A program made the translations under genes and the position numbers. From Deltaproteobacteria bacterium (GTDB taxonomy: Bacteria; Desulfobacterota; Syntrophia; Syntrophales; Smithellaceae): a DNA stretch of 64,000 bases. Of the stretch, positions 37,293 to 49,994 are shown piece by piece. The notes below the pieces were generated by a model. That model saw nothing but the letters and a program-made list of their open reading frames with translations, was not told the origin of the DNA and did no database searches. The stretch spans positions 305 through 64,304 of the forward strand of contig JAAYDW010000051.1 in assembly GCA_012729055.1 (NCBI GenBank). The letters are read 5' to 3'. The number at the start of each line of letters is the position of its first letter. Position 1 is the first letter of the stretch.

Positions 37293-38585
37293 TCAGATTT
37301 TCCCAAGCGCCTGGTCGATGTCCGCCAGGATGTCGTCGAGATGCTCGAGGCCGATCGACAGGCGGATGAAATCCGGCGTCACGCCGGCGGCAAGCTGCTC
37401 TTCCGGTGACAGCTGCGAATGCGTGGTGGATGCCGGATGAATCGCTAGCGTCTTGGCGTCGCCGATATTGGCCAGATGAGAGATCAACCGAAGCGAATTG
37501 ATAAACTTCCTGCCCGCCTCCATTCCACCGGCGACGCCAAATCCCACGATGGCTCCGGCGCCCCCGGGCAAATATTTCTCTGCTCTGGCTTTTTCAGGAC
37601 TGTCCGCAAGTCCCGGATAGTTTACCCAGGCGACCTTGGAATGCGCTTTCAGGCGCCGCGCCACGGCCAGCGCGTTTTCACAGTGCCGCGCCATCCGCAG
37701 ATGGAGCGTTTCTAATCCTTGCAGCAGAAGAAAAGCGTTGAACGGCGAAAGCGCCGGCCCCAGATCGCGCAAAAGAACGACGCGGGCCTTCGTGATGTAG
37801 GCGATATTGCCGGCGGGCCTGAGCGCCGGGGCAAAATCGAGTCCGTGGTAGGCCGGATCGGGACCGGCAATCAGCGGATAGCGGCCATTGATCCAGTCGA
37901 ATTTTCCGGAATCCACAATCAGCCCGCCCAGGGAGGTTCCATGTCCGCCGATGAACTTGGTCGCGGAATAGACAATCACGTCCGCGCCGAAATCAAACGG
38001 CCGCAGAATGTACGGCGACACCGTGTTATCGAGCACAAAGACAATGCCGTGCCGGTGCGCGACGGCGGCGATGCCTTCGAGATCCGCAACATCCAGCTTG
38101 GGATTGCCGATGGATTCGGCGTAAATGGCTTTCGTCTTCGAAGTGATCGCCTCATCAAGCGCCGCAAGATCGTTGGATTTGACAAAGCGAACCTTAATCC
38201 CAAAACGCGGGAGCGTGTAATGAAACAATGTGTAGGTTCCGCCGTAGAGATTGTCGGCCGAAACGATCTCATCGCCGGCCCGGGCCATATTCAAGAGCGA
38301 AAGCGTGATGGCCGACTGGCCGCTGGCCACCGCCAGCGCGCCTGCTCCTCCGTCCAGAAGGGCGATCCGCTTTTCCAGCACGTCCGTCGTCGGGTTCATG
38401 AGCCTTGTGTAAATGTTGCCGAACTCGGTGAGTCCGAAAAGGGCAGCGGCATGATCCGTATCTTTAAACTGATACGATGTCGTCTGATAGATCGGCACGG
38501 CTCGCGCGCCCGTCGTCGGATCCGGCTCCTGGCCGCCGTGCAATAAAAGGGTTTCCACTTTCAACGAATCATCCCGTCTGGTCAT
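37293..38585 (-). CDS. metY: O-acetylhomoserine/O-acetylserine sulfhydrylase
   Basis: [40 protein letters not shown] (PLP Lys). Start at the internal ATG (MTRRDDS). Confidence 0.9.
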   Translation of the reverse strand: MTRRDDSLKVETLLLHGGQEPDPTTGARAVPIYQTTSYQFKDTDHAAALFGLTEFGNIYTRLMNPTTDVLEKRIALLDGGAGALAVASGQSAITLSLLNMARAGDEIVSADNLYGGTYTLFHYTLPRFGIKVRFVKSNDLAALDEAITSKTKAIYAESIGNPKLDVADLEGIAAVAHRHGIVFVLDNTVSPYILRPFDFGADVIVYSATKFIGGHGTSLGGLIVDSGKFDWINGRYPLIAGPDPAYHGLDFAPALRPAGNIAYITKARVVLLRDLGPALSPFNAFLLLQGLETLHLRMARHCENALAVARRLKAHSKVAWVNYPGLADSPEKARAEKYLPGGAGAIVGFGVAGGMEAGRKFINSLRLISHLANIGDAKTLAIHPASTTHSQLSPEEQLAAGVTPDFIRLSIGLEHLDDILADIDQALGKI

Positions 38586-38619
38586 TTCCGCCACCCTTTC
38601 TTTATCCCTTCGGAGAATC

Positions 38620-39717
38620 TTAAACGGATCCCTTTGCGCGCTCCGCTTCATGAGCGGCCCATGCCGTTTCGATGACGCCGCCGCCCAGAACCCTGCCCCC
38701 TTCGTAAAAGACGGCGGCCTGCCCCGGTGTGACGGATTCCTGCGGCTCCCGGAAAACGACCTTCAGCTTTTCGCCGTCCCGAATCACCCGGCAGGGCGCC
38801 GGCTTCTTGCGGTAGCGGATTTTGACCTCCGCCGTTTCCGGAAAGCTGTCTGAATGGAGGTTCAAATCGCCCGCGACAAGCCCGTCCGCCAACAGATCCT
38901 CCTTGTGTCCGACGACCACCTGATTTTTGACGGCGTCGTAGCGCAGGACATAAAGCGGCCGGGGAGCGCTGATTCCCAGACCGCTGCGCTGGCCGATGGT
39001 GTACGCCAGGATTCCCGTGTGACGCCCCCGCACGCAGCCGGACGAATCCACGATGTCTCCCGGCGGCGACGCGAGCCGCCTTTGCGCAAAAAACCGCCGG
39101 TAATCGCCCTGGGGAATAAAGCAGATGTCCTGGCTTTCCGCCTTTTGCGCGACGGGCAGGCCGGCCGCCCGCGCCCGGGCGCGCACCTCCTCTTTTTTCA
39201 TCTCCCCCAGCGGGAAAAGCACAGCGGGCAAATCGTCCCTTCGAATCGGGTACAAAAAGTACGTCTGGTCCTTGTTTTTGTCCGCAGCCCGGAACAACCC
39301 CCATCCGGAGGCCGTTTTTGCGACGCGGGCATAATGGCCGGTCGCCAGATAGTCAAATCCCAGGCTCCGCGCCCGGGCCAAGAGCGCGTCGAATTTCAGA
39401 TAACGGTTGCAGTCCACGCAGGGATTGGGCGTTCTCCCCTTTAAATATTCGTCCGTAAATTTCCGGATGACCCGTTCTTCCATCAGAGAGGCGAAGTCGA
39501 AGACCAGGTGCGGCGCCCCCAACCGGTCGCAGACGCGCTTCGCATCTTCGATGGCGTCGCCGCCGCAGCAGCCGGCAGGGCTTTCGTCCCGACGGATGCC
39601 CAGCCCCATCGTCACGCCGGTAATTGCATGGCCCGCTTCCCGTAAAAGCAGCGCGGCGACCGACGAATCCACACCGCCGCTCATGGCCACCAGAACTTTT
39701 TTTGCCGCCGCCGTCAT
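38620..39717 (-). CDS. mnmA: tRNA 2-thiouridine(34) synthase
   Basis: PP-loop [34 protein letters not shown]. Confidence 0.93.
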   Translation of the reverse strand: MTAAAKKVLVAMSGGVDSSVAALLLREAGHAITGVTMGLGIRRDESPAGCCGGDAIEDAKRVCDRLGAPHLVFDFASLMEERVIRKFTDEYLKGRTPNPCVDCNRYLKFDALLARARSLGFDYLATGHYARVAKTASGWGLFRAADKNKDQTYFLYPIRRDDLPAVLFPLGEMKKEEVRARARAAGLPVAQKAESQDICFIPQGDYRRFFAQRRLASPPGDIVDSSGCVRGRHTGILAYTIGQRSGLGISAPRPLYVLRYDAVKNQVVVGHKEDLLADGLVAGDLNLHSDSFPETAEVKIRYRKKPAPCRVIRDGEKLKVVFREPQESVTPGQAAVFYEGGRVLGGGVIETAWAAHEAERAKGSV

Positions 39718-40033
39718 CTTTTTGCGAACCTTCCTTCCTCCGTGTTTGCCGTCCGACCCGACCGCTTCCGTCCGGTTATTAATACTATTACTTTGGTAGG
39801 AATTAATTCAGCGGCCGGGGTTTGTCAAGCGCTTTTCTCATGCGACGGCGGCGGCCGGCGGAAGCGGTCCGGCGGCCGGATATTTTTCCAATCTTGCAAT
39901 TTCAGGCCAACCTTGCTATTCAACGGCAACAGAGTTCCAGGGGCGGCGTTCAAAAAAGATCGGGCGTTCATTAAACGGCAGCGACCCCCATCGGCGCGGT
40001 CCGGACCGCAGGCTTTAAATACGGAAACCCATC

Positions 40034-41266
40034 ATGCAGAACCACATTGTCTTGTTCATTCTGGTCCTCGCAGCGACAGCGATCGTAAGCTTTGCCTACG
40101 CGATCTGGCGGGGCCGTAAAGACGAACAGATCCTGCGCAGCATCATTCAGAGTTCTCCGATCCCGATGTTCGTCATTTCCACGAACCACAGGATTCTGCA
40201 CTGGAACCGGGCGCTGGAAGGCCTCTCCGGCATCAAGTCGGAAGATGTCGTCGGAACGGACCAGCAGTGGCGGGCCTTTTACAAATCGCCGCGTTCCTGC
40301 CTGGCCGATCTGATTCTCAGCAACAAGGTGATCAACTCCTCGATCCTCTACGCCGGCCAGGTCACCAAATCCAAGGTGCTCAAAGACGCCTACGAAGTGA
40401 CGGAATTCTTCCCGGATCTGGGTGAAAAGGGAAAGTGGTTCCGGATCACGTCGGCGGCCATCCGGGATTCCGGCGGCAAGCTCTTCGGCTCGATGGAAAC
40501 GCTGGAAGACATCACGGATCAGAAAACGGCGGAAGAGGAGCTCCTGAAGCGGACCAAGCTCGAGTCGCTGGGCACGTTCGCCGACGGCGTCGCCAAGGAT
40601 TTCGACAGTCTGTTGTCGGCCATCCTGCGCAATGTTTTTCTGGCCAAAATTTCAGCCAGCGAAGAAGACAAAATCCTCGAAAACGGCCTGGCCATCGCGG
40701 AGCGGGCGGGCCTGCAAGCCAAGGAACTGGCGCACCGCCTCATCACCTTCGCCCAGGGAGGCTATCCCGTTAAAAAGCTCGAAAAACTCGACGACCTGAT
40801 CCGCGAAGCGATCTCGAAGGCGCTGACCGGCTCCAAAGTCGTCTGCAAACCGGTGATCGCGCCCGACCTGTGGCCCGCGGAAATCGACGCCATGCAGATC
40901 AAGCAGGTCATCGAAAACATGGTCGCCAACGCCCGGGAAGCCATGCCGGAAGGCGGCGTCGTGGAGGTGATCGCGGAAAACATCACCACGGGAACCAATA
41001 TCCGGACGCTCGGCGAGGGCAACTATGTCCGGATCGTCATCCGGGACAAGGGCATCGGCATTCCCCGGGAAAATCTTTCGAAAATCTTCGATCCCTACTT
41101 CACCACGAAGGAAAAGAAAGGCCGCGGCGGCATCGGCCTGGGGCTGGCCATTTGCGACTCGATCATCAAGTACCACAACGGTCTGATCAGCGTGGAATCG
41201 GTCGCCGGCGCGGGCACGTCCTTTTTTATCTACCTGGCCGCCGCCGTCAAAAACGGCGCGCCCTAG
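40034..41266 (+). CDS. PAS-domain histidine-kinase-like protein with intact HATPase domain but a substituted H-box
   Basis: TM + PAS (PIPMFVISTNHRILHWNRALEGLSG). The DHp region reads LESLGTFADGVAKDFDSLL where relatives read ..GIAHDFNNLL. N-box QVIENMVANAREAM, G1 DKGIGI, G2 GGIGLGLAI. Confidence 0.85.
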   Translation: MQNHIVLFILVLAATAIVSFAYAIWRGRKDEQILRSIIQSSPIPMFVISTNHRILHWNRALEGLSGIKSEDVVGTDQQWRAFYKSPRSCLADLILSNKVINSSILYAGQVTKSKVLKDAYEVTEFFPDLGEKGKWFRITSAAIRDSGGKLFGSMETLEDITDQKTAEEELLKRTKLESLGTFADGVAKDFDSLLSAILRNVFLAKISASEEDKILENGLAIAERAGLQAKELAHRLITFAQGGYPVKKLEKLDDLIREAISKALTGSKVVCKPVIAPDLWPAEIDAMQIKQVIENMVANAREAMPEGGVVEVIAENITTGTNIRTLGEGNYVRIVIRDKGIGIPRENLSKIFDPYFTTKEKKGRGGIGLGLAICDSIIKYHNGLISVESVAGAGTSFFIYLAAAVKNGAP

Positions 41267-41452
41267 AATCCGCGGCCGCGGGAGGACGGCACGGGTGTCT
41301 TTTCGGAAAACGGCGGACTCATTTGTGGAATCGCCGGAAAACGGCGCGGTTGGACGGAGCGGCAGACGGCCGGTTTTCCCCGGACGGGTCCCCGCTGTAT
41401 GAACGGTCGGCGCCCGCGCGTTTCCGGGAAAACCAACATCCGGATTCGAAAA

Positions 41453-41653
41453 TCACTTCAGGTCAAATCCTCCTGTGTCTTTCTTGACGTCATTCAACAA
41501 ACTTTCGATGTGACGCAAACGCTCCTGAAAAGTGGCAATCCCGAGCGCGGATTCCCGCGGGTGCAGGTTTTCGATTTCAGCCAGACGGCTGCGCAGGTGC
41601 AAAATCACCTCTTCCGCCAGGCCCAGAAGCAATGCGCGTTCATCACGATTCAT
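41453..41653 (-). CDS. Hypothetical 66-aa helical protein, last gene of the N-ATPase-associated transcription unit
   Basis: GGAG RBS about 9 nt upstream of the ATG. 29-nt gap after the upstream gene. No family recognised. Confidence 0.45.
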   Translation of the reverse strand: MNRDERALLLGLAEEVILHLRSRLAEIENLHPRESALGIATFQERLRHIESLLNDVKKDTGGFDLK

Positions 41654-41682
41654 GCCGATTACTCCGTTTCAGAATGTAAAAA

Positions 41683-42489
41683 TCATCCCTGATGGATCTC
41701 GTTGACGGCCTTCCATGCCAGAAACGCTTTCTTTATCGATTCCGCCGCGGTTTCAATGCCGACATTCTGCATGTTGACCATGATGTCGTAATGCTTCGGA
41801 TCGTTGATGTCCTCATTGAAATACTTGCGGATGAAACCGATCTGATCCGTATCGTATTTTTTCACATAGCCCTGCGCCTCCTTGAGCGGCAGTTTCCGGT
41901 CGCGCATGACCTTCTCGACGCGCGTGTCGAAGGGCGCAATGATGCGCACCCGAAACGCCTTGTCCTTGAGAATGAAGCTGCCCCCCCGCCCGATAATGAT
42001 GATGTTGCCGTGCTGGGCGTCCGCGTGCATCACCATGGACAGGCGGCGGATGTACTCATTGGGCCAGATATGACGCGATTCGAAAAAAGAGCTGATGAGG
42101 CTGTCGAAAAGCGAGATGCTCTTTTCATCCAGCGATTTGATCACCTTGTCGCTGACGTGGGCGCTCTCCGCCACCGCGTGAATCAATTCGCTGCCGACCA
42201 GCGTCATGCTCAGGTCCGTGGCGAGAATGCGCGCCACCCAGCCGCCGCCGGCGCCCGCTTCGCTCGACAGGGTGATGACCGGGCCCGGTTTGTCCTTCTT
42301 TTCCTTCTGCCAGCGCATCACCTGGTCTTCCACCAGTTTGTCGACATCCTTGTCCCGCAGCTTGATGTCGCGCGTGTAGTCGGGGCAGTTCACGTCAAAC
42401 AGGGCGTTGGTCTTAACCCGATAACGTTTCGTGCAGTTTTCGCGCCATGCACAGATGACACAAATTCTCTTGTCCGATCCCGTCGACAT
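41683..42489 (-). CDS. Cytidylate-kinase-like family protein with Cys-rich N-terminal extension
   Basis: Core matches the cytidylate-kinase-like (degenerate P-loop) family: VITLSSEAGAGGGWVA, IIIGRGGSFIL, RVRIIAP, DQIGFIRKYF, HYDIMVN. N-terminus has C10-x2-C13-x5-C19-x15-C35. Confidence 0.75.
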   Translation of the reverse strand: MSTGSDKRICVICAWRENCTKRYRVKTNALFDVNCPDYTRDIKLRDKDVDKLVEDQVMRWQKEKKDKPGPVITLSSEAGAGGGWVARILATDLSMTLVGSELIHAVAESAHVSDKVIKSLDEKSISLFDSLISSFFESRHIWPNEYIRRLSMVMHADAQHGNIIIIGRGGSFILKDKAFRVRIIAPFDTRVEKVMRDRKLPLKEAQGYVKKYDTDQIGFIRKYFNEDINDPKHYDIMVNMQNVGIETAAESIKKAFLAWKAVNEIHQG

Positions 42490-42520
42490 ACGTCATACCC
42501 CCTTTCTGAAAAATCAAACG

Positions 42521-43411
42521 TTACGATGCTTCTTCCGACAGCGCCTCAAAACCGGCGACAATGTCCAGAAGTTCCTCGGTGATCGTCATCTGGCGGGTGC
42601 GGTGGAACTGCACGTGCAGGTCCTGCAACTGCTCTTCAATGTTTTTTTCGGCGTTCTGCATGGACGCCAGCCGGCTCGCGTTCTCGCTGGCCAGCGACTC
42701 GGCAAAGGCCCGGTAGAGCGACACGAACAGATACTCGCGGATAAGCGACGAAAAGATCTTGTCGCTGTCCATCCGGAAGATCGGCAGCGACTTGGAGTCC
42801 CATTTTTTCTTCGCGATCTGCCTGAGCCAGTCCATATCGACGGGCAGGAGCTGAAGCAGGCGGGGGTGGTACGTCGCTCCGGTCAGATACTCATTGTAAA
42901 ACAGGACAAAGTGATCGATGTTGCCGCGGAAATGCCATTCGTCGATGATCATGATGATCTCCTGAACCAGCGGCGTAATGCCCGCCGTGGAGCCGGGCGT
43001 GCCGAGGAGTTCCTCCACCGGCTGTCCGGCATCCTCCAGGTAATCCGCCACGCGCGCCCCGATGCTCAGGACCTTGCGATTTTCTTTTTTCACCCCGGCG
43101 CTCTTGATATACTCCAGGGTGAACGTGGAGATCTGCTCGTTGAGTTGCCCGCACAGGCCCTGGTCGGACCCGAAAACGATGACCCCCAGGCGCTTCATCG
43201 TTGAATGCTTCCGGCGCATCGTCGCGCCCATCCGCTCCTTGAGCACGATCTGCAGGCCCATCTCGACGGCGCGGTTGTAGTCGCGCAGCGATTCCACAGC
43301 CCGTTGATACTGGCGGATGCTCACCGCCGCCAGCGCCTTCATCGTCTTGACGACCGACAGGAGATCGCCCGCGCTTTTCATTCTTCTTTTCAGCGACTCA
43401 GTTGTTTGCAT
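42521..43411 (-). CDS. atpG: N-type ATPase gamma subunit
   Basis: [37 protein letters not shown]-terminal ITEELLDIV. Overlaps the atpA stop. Confidence 0.9.
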   Translation of the reverse strand: MQTTESLKRRMKSAGDLLSVVKTMKALAAVSIRQYQRAVESLRDYNRAVEMGLQIVLKERMGATMRRKHSTMKRLGVIVFGSDQGLCGQLNEQISTFTLEYIKSAGVKKENRKVLSIGARVADYLEDAGQPVEELLGTPGSTAGITPLVQEIIMIIDEWHFRGNIDHFVLFYNEYLTGATYHPRLLQLLPVDMDWLRQIAKKKWDSKSLPIFRMDSDKIFSSLIREYLFVSLYRAFAESLASENASRLASMQNAEKNIEEQLQDLHVQFHRTRQMTITEELLDIVAGFEALSEEAS

Positions 43412-44966
43412 TGGCTTCCTCGACCTCTTCAAGCGGTGCAATGGCCGGTTTGATTTTGCTCAGAATGCTGTCGCGGTCCGTGATGTCGATTTTCTTGCCG
43501 TCCTCGATGCGCGCGCACAGTTCCGGCAACTGCTCGTTGACGACGTCCAGAAGCCGCCCTTCCGCCTGGCGGATCTTTTCAATCGGAACCAGGTCCAGGG
43601 CGCCGCCCGTGATCGACAACAGCGACGCGATCTGTTCGGAGGCGCGCAGAGGCTTGTACTGGCCCTGCTTGAGAATTTCACGGACGCGCCAGCCGCGCTC
43701 GAGGGTCCGGCGCGTGGCGTCGTCGAGCCTTGTCCCGAAGCGGGAAAAGGATTCCAGCTCCTCGAACTGCGTGTAGGACAGGCGCAAATCCCCCGCGACG
43801 GACCGGTAGGCGGGCAGCTGCGTTTTGCCGCCGACGCGCGAAACGGATTTGCCGACATCCACCGCCGGCAGAATGCCCTTGTTGAAGAGCACCGGCGAAA
43901 GATAAATCTGACCGTCCGTAATGGAAATCAGGTTCGTCGGAATGTAGGACGACATGTCCTGCGCCTCCGTTTCGACGACCGGCAAAGACGTCAGCGATCC
44001 TCCGCCCAGTTCGGGGCGCATGTGCGTGGAGCGCTCCAAAAGACGGGAGTGGATGTAAAAGATGTCGCCGGGGAAGGCTTCGCGTCCGGGCGGCCGCCGC
44101 AAAAGCAGCGAAACTTCGCGGTAGGCCCGCGCATGCGAGGTCAGATCGTCGTACACGATCAGCACGTCGCGGCCCTGCTCGACAAAATACTCCGCCATGC
44201 TCGTGGCCGCGTAAGGCGCAATAAACTGAAGCCCCGGCGTGTCTTCGCCGGTGGCTACGACCACGATGCAGGATCCCATGACGCCGTGGTCGCGCAGTTC
44301 GGCGATGACTTTGGCCACGTCCGCGCTCTTCTTGCCGACGGCGCAGTAAATGGAGAGGATGCCCGTCTCTTTCTGATTGATGATCGTATCGACGGCGATG
44401 GCGGTCTTGCCGGTCTGCCGGTCGCCCAGGATGAGCTCGCGCTGGCCGCGTCCGATGGGAATCAGCGCGTCGATCACCTTGACGCCGGTTTGCAGCGGAA
44501 CCGTCACCGGCGCGCGGTCCATGACGGCGGGCGCCGGACGCTCCACCGGCAGCCGCAGGACCGTGCTGACCTCGCCCAAGCCGTCGAGCGGACGTCCCAG
44601 CGGATCGACGATCCGTCCCAGAAGGCCGTCGCCCACGGGCACGTCCAGAACGCGCTTGGTGCGCTGCACCTCGGAACCCACCTGCAGATTTTCGCTGGGG
44701 TCCAGGAGGATCACGCCGATTTCCTTGGGGTCGATGTTGAACACCAGCCCCATGTAGTTGCCCGAAAACCGCACCAGTTCCTCTGCGCGGATGTGCGGCA
44801 GACCGCTGACCCGGGCGATATCGCGGCCGACGAACTGGACGGTGCCGATTTCATATTGTCTCAGTTCAGGATTCTGTTCGTCCAAAACCTTTTCCATGGT
44901 GTCAAACGTGTCGTCCAGAAAGGTTTTCAGCTCCTGACTTTCCAACGGATTTGTTTCCTGATTCAT
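43398..44966 (-). CDS. atpA: N-type ATPase alpha subunit
   Basis: Walker [36 protein letters not shown]. Confidence 0.95.
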   Translation of the reverse strand: MNQETNPLESQELKTFLDDTFDTMEKVLDEQNPELRQYEIGTVQFVGRDIARVSGLPHIRAEELVRFSGNYMGLVFNIDPKEIGVILLDPSENLQVGSEVQRTKRVLDVPVGDGLLGRIVDPLGRPLDGLGEVSTVLRLPVERPAPAVMDRAPVTVPLQTGVKVIDALIPIGRGQRELILGDRQTGKTAIAVDTIINQKETGILSIYCAVGKKSADVAKVIAELRDHGVMGSCIVVVATGEDTPGLQFIAPYAATSMAEYFVEQGRDVLIVYDDLTSHARAYREVSLLLRRPPGREAFPGDIFYIHSRLLERSTHMRPELGGGSLTSLPVVETEAQDMSSYIPTNLISITDGQIYLSPVLFNKGILPAVDVGKSVSRVGGKTQLPAYRSVAGDLRLSYTQFEELESFSRFGTRLDDATRRTLERGWRVREILKQGQYKPLRASEQIASLLSITGGALDLVPIEKIRQAEGRLLDVVNEQLPELCARIEDGKKIDITDRDSILSKIKPAIAPLEEVEEANANN

Positions 44967-45015
44967 GTGCTGCCTCCTGTGGTAGGGAACAGTCGCGACT
45001 GTTCCCTACATGACG

Positions 45016-45786
45016 TTATGCCGCATGCGCTTCTTTCTGGAGCGTTTCCGTCAGGCTCTCCACCAGCGTTTCCAGATACTCGTTGAGGCTCCAGGCGATT
45101 TTATGGCCGTTGACCCGGAGTTCAATGCCGGATACCACGTCCGGTTCATGCAGATAGCGGATGGTAAAGCCGTTGGTGATCTGTTTTTTCAAAACCTCCT
45201 CGATCTGCGACTGTCTTGGCGCTGAAATGCCGAAGGCGCTCTGCACGGTCACCCGATTGCCGCCGCCGGTGATCGCCTGGCGGATCTGTTTGCTTTTCTC
45301 CGCATCGAGCGCCTGCAGCCGCCGGAGAAATTCCTCGATGATCCGGTCCTCCAGTTCCTCATCGGCCAGGTCGGACAGGGCCTTGCGCGCCGTCGCGTAA
45401 AGCTGTTTGGCGGCCCGCTGGCGCAGATCGTAGAAGAAGGCGCCCTGCTCGCGGAGCAGCATCTCCTGCCACCGGGTTTTGACCGTGTCGACTTCTTCGC
45501 GCACTTTTTCCATCAGCTCCTTGCGCTTGGCGTCCGCCGCCATCGTCGCCTCGTTGAGCATCACTTCCTTCTTCTCGTTGAGCATCTGATTGCGCTGCTC
45601 GTAAAGCTGGGCTTCCTCCCGCGCCTTGGCCTGCAGCGCGTCCGCATCCTCGAAACGCCGAGCGATCTTGGCTTCCCGGTCGTCCATGGCCTTGATGATC
45701 CGCCCGTACAAAAACCGCTTCAGCAGATACATCAGCAGGAGGAAATTAAAGATCTGCGCCAAAAATACAAACCAGTCGATATGCAT
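45016..45786 (-). CDS. atpF: N-type ATPase b subunit (long form with delta-like C-terminal part)
   Basis: N-terminal TM (FVFLAQIFNFLLLMYLL) plus a long charged helix. The C-terminus resembles an OSCP/delta C-terminal domain. No separate delta gene is present in the operon. Confidence 0.85.
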   Translation of the reverse strand: MHIDWFVFLAQIFNFLLLMYLLKRFLYGRIIKAMDDREAKIARRFEDADALQAKAREEAQLYEQRNQMLNEKKEVMLNEATMAADAKRKELMEKVREEVDTVKTRWQEMLLREQGAFFYDLRQRAAKQLYATARKALSDLADEELEDRIIEEFLRRLQALDAEKSKQIRQAITGGGNRVTVQSAFGISAPRQSQIEEVLKKQITNGFTIRYLHEPDVVSGIELRVNGHKIAWSLNEYLETLVESLTETLQKEAHAA

Positions 45787-45798
45787 GGATCATCCCCC

Positions 45799-46065
45799 TC
45801 ACTTGGTAATGTGACCCCAGAAAGGATTGGCGAAAATCAAAATCATGGAAATCACGAAGCAGTAAATGGCGATCGATTCAATCATGGCCAATCCGACGAA
45901 AAGCGTTCGTGTCAAGGAATTCCTCTCATCCGGCTGCTGGGCGATCGCGGCCAGCGCCTGGGCGATTGCCTGCCCCATGCCTAAGCCCGGACCGATCGAA
46001 CCGATCCCCATTGCCAAACCTGCACCGATAATCGAGGCCATCGCGACGAGACTTACACTGTCCAT
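45799..46065 (-). CDS. atpE: N-type ATPase c subunit (rotor ring)
   Basis: Two-helix proteolipid with a QQPDERN loop. Carboxylate E63 in LAMIESIAIY. Q32 in GMGQAIA. Confidence 0.9.
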   Translation of the reverse strand: MDSVSLVAMASIIGAGLAMGIGSIGPGLGMGQAIAQALAAIAQQPDERNSLTRTLFVGLAMIESIAIYCFVISMILIFANPFWGHITK

Positions 46066-46092
46066 AAATACTCCTCCTTTAATTTCATTTGA

Positions 46093-46818
46093 TCAGGCGG
46101 TTGAGCCTTCTTTCTTAACTTCCGCATGAACTTCATCCTCGGCAGAGAGCGCCGAGGCTATATAAACCATGGAAAGGATCGCAAAAATGTAGGCCTGGAT
46201 TACGCCGATCAGCAACCCCAGGATCTGCATCACGACCGGGAACAGAAAAGGCGTGACGGCCAGCAGAATGCCGATGACCTTTTCGTGGCTCATGATGTTG
46301 CCGAACAGCCGGACCGTGAGCGCCAGCGTCCGGGACAATTCGCCCATGACGTGAAACGGGAAGAAAATGAAGGTCGGTTGAAAATACTCCTTCACATAAT
46401 GGAGTACGCCGTTGCGTGAAATCCCGTAAAAGGGAACGGCGATAAACACACAGGTCGCGAGCGCCGCGGTAGTCGTCATGGACGACGTCGGCGCGACAAA
46501 CCCCGGCACGATCACAAGCACGTTGGACACACAGATGAACAGAAAGAGCGTGCCGACCAGCGGAACGTAATGGTCCGCGCCTTTTTTGGTCATCTCGCTG
46601 ATTTCCCCCCGGATGATGGAAATAACCACTTCCAGGAAATGCTGCCAGCGCGATACGTTCATTTCCGAAGACAGGTTGCGGGTGATGAGGATCGACCCGC
46701 CGACCAGGATGGCCATCACCAGCCAGGTATACAAAATGGTCACATTGAGGGTGATAAAGTTCCAACTCCAGATAATCACCTGATCCGGGCTGATCTGATT
46801 GAGCGATACGACTTCCAT
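46093..46818 (-). CDS. atpB: N-type ATPase a subunit
   Basis: Conserved stator Arg in LTVRLFGNIMSHE. About 5-6 TM helices. Confidence 0.9.
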   Translation of the reverse strand: MEVVSLNQISPDQVIIWSWNFITLNVTILYTWLVMAILVGGSILITRNLSSEMNVSRWQHFLEVVISIIRGEISEMTKKGADHYVPLVGTLFLFICVSNVLVIVPGFVAPTSSMTTTAALATCVFIAVPFYGISRNGVLHYVKEYFQPTFIFFPFHVMGELSRTLALTVRLFGNIMSHEKVIGILLAVTPFLFPVVMQILGLLIGVIQAYIFAILSMVYIASALSAEDEVHAEVKKEGSTA

Positions 46819-46853
46819 ACAAACTCCTTTACCGGTTGATCGGTATCCGCCTT

Positions 46854-47171
46854 CTATTCAGGAACCGCCTCCAGCGTCTTTTGCGGCCCGAAATGATGCG
46901 TAAGGATCTTGCGCATCACCACAAATCCGACCAGGGCGAGAGCCAGTCTCTCCCAATGGCCGTCTTTCAGAAGAAAATAAAACGCCGATAAGACGACCGA
47001 CAGACGCAGCGCATAACTGACGATGAGCAATCGCGCGCGGCTTTCCGCGCGGGACAATCGCTTTATGGTCTGCCAGAGGCTGAGAAAATAGAAAGCGCCC
47101 AGCGCCAGTCCCACGGCAAACATCAGCAGAAGCATCAGCATCGCGTTTATCTTCATGTCAGTCCTCTTCAA
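46854..47171 (-). CDS. atpR: N-ATPase accessory membrane protein AtpR
   Basis: About 100 aa and 3 TM helices, at the position between atpQ and atpB that is typical of N-ATPase operons. Membrane-embedded Arg residues (SLWQTIKRL). Confidence 0.75.
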   Translation of the reverse strand: MKRTDMKINAMLMLLLMFAVGLALGAFYFLSLWQTIKRLSRAESRARLLIVSYALRLSVVLSAFYFLLKDGHWERLALALVGFVVMRKILTHHFGPQKTLEAVPE

Positions 47172-47487
47172 TAATCGTGCTGCGAATCTTCCGGACCCAG
47201 TAAGCGGCGTTGATGCATCCGACGATCACGCCGAGAATAAGCAGCATCAGCGCCCAGGAATACTGGCTGGGCCAGGTGCGGTCGATCCAGAGGCCGAGCG
47301 CGATGCCGATGAGCGTGGGAATGGCGACCGCCCATCCGATGATGCCGAACATCCCCAGGCCGAACCAGACCGTTTCATTCTTGTGTTTCAGGCCCCGGAT
47401 GCGCAGAGCTTCCCGTTGGGCGACTTTCTCCGTGAAATGATCCGCCGCTTTCCGGCGCCGGTTGGAAGTTCGTCGTATTTCAGCCAT
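47158..47487 (-). CDS. atpQ: N-ATPase accessory membrane protein AtpQ (AtpI/AtpZ-like)
   Basis: Two TM helices with the GLWIDRTW motif, as in AtpZ/AtpI-like 'ATPase gene 1' proteins. Lies directly after atpC. Confidence 0.75.
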   Translation of the reverse strand: MAEIRRTSNRRRKAADHFTEKVAQREALRIRGLKHKNETVWFGLGMFGIIGWAVAIPTLIGIALGLWIDRTWPSQYSWALMLLILGVIVGCINAAYWVRKIRSTIIEED

Positions 47488-47545
47488 GTTGATAATTCCT
47501 TCCTTGCTCGTTTGGGGTCCGGCAGGCGCGATCGGAAATCGCGCC

Positions 47546-49773
<2,228 letters not shown>

Positions 49774-49846
49774 CTGTTTTCTCCTCGACGCGATTTAAAA
49801 ACGTTCTCCACACCATGAAACTGCTTTTTTCTGGTCTTCCCTAACA

Positions 49847-49861
49847 GCAAGGGATGTGCCA
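49847..49861 (-). promoter_or_regulatory. Consensus sigma-54 promoter upstream of the N-ATPase operon
   Basis: The minus strand reads CTGGCAC-ATCCC-TTGCT, an exact TGGCAC-N5-TTGC. The -12 element is about 75 nt upstream of the ATG at 49773. Confidence 0.6.
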
Positions 49862-49994
49862 GACAAGGCGGTTTTGACGAAACGCCTTGATGGCGCCGGG
49901 TTTGAAGCCGCAACGCCCCTGCCGGCCGCCGCCGGCGCAAACGACCCGGATGTCCCTGCCGCCGTCTGCAGAAAACGGAGAAAAGACGCGAAAG

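Noticed and set aside
46133-46822. 229-aa alternative-frame ORF overlapping atpB.
   Set aside because: It has no TM pattern and is Arg/Gly-rich. The 46093-46818 frame gives an a-subunit with the conserved stator Arg.
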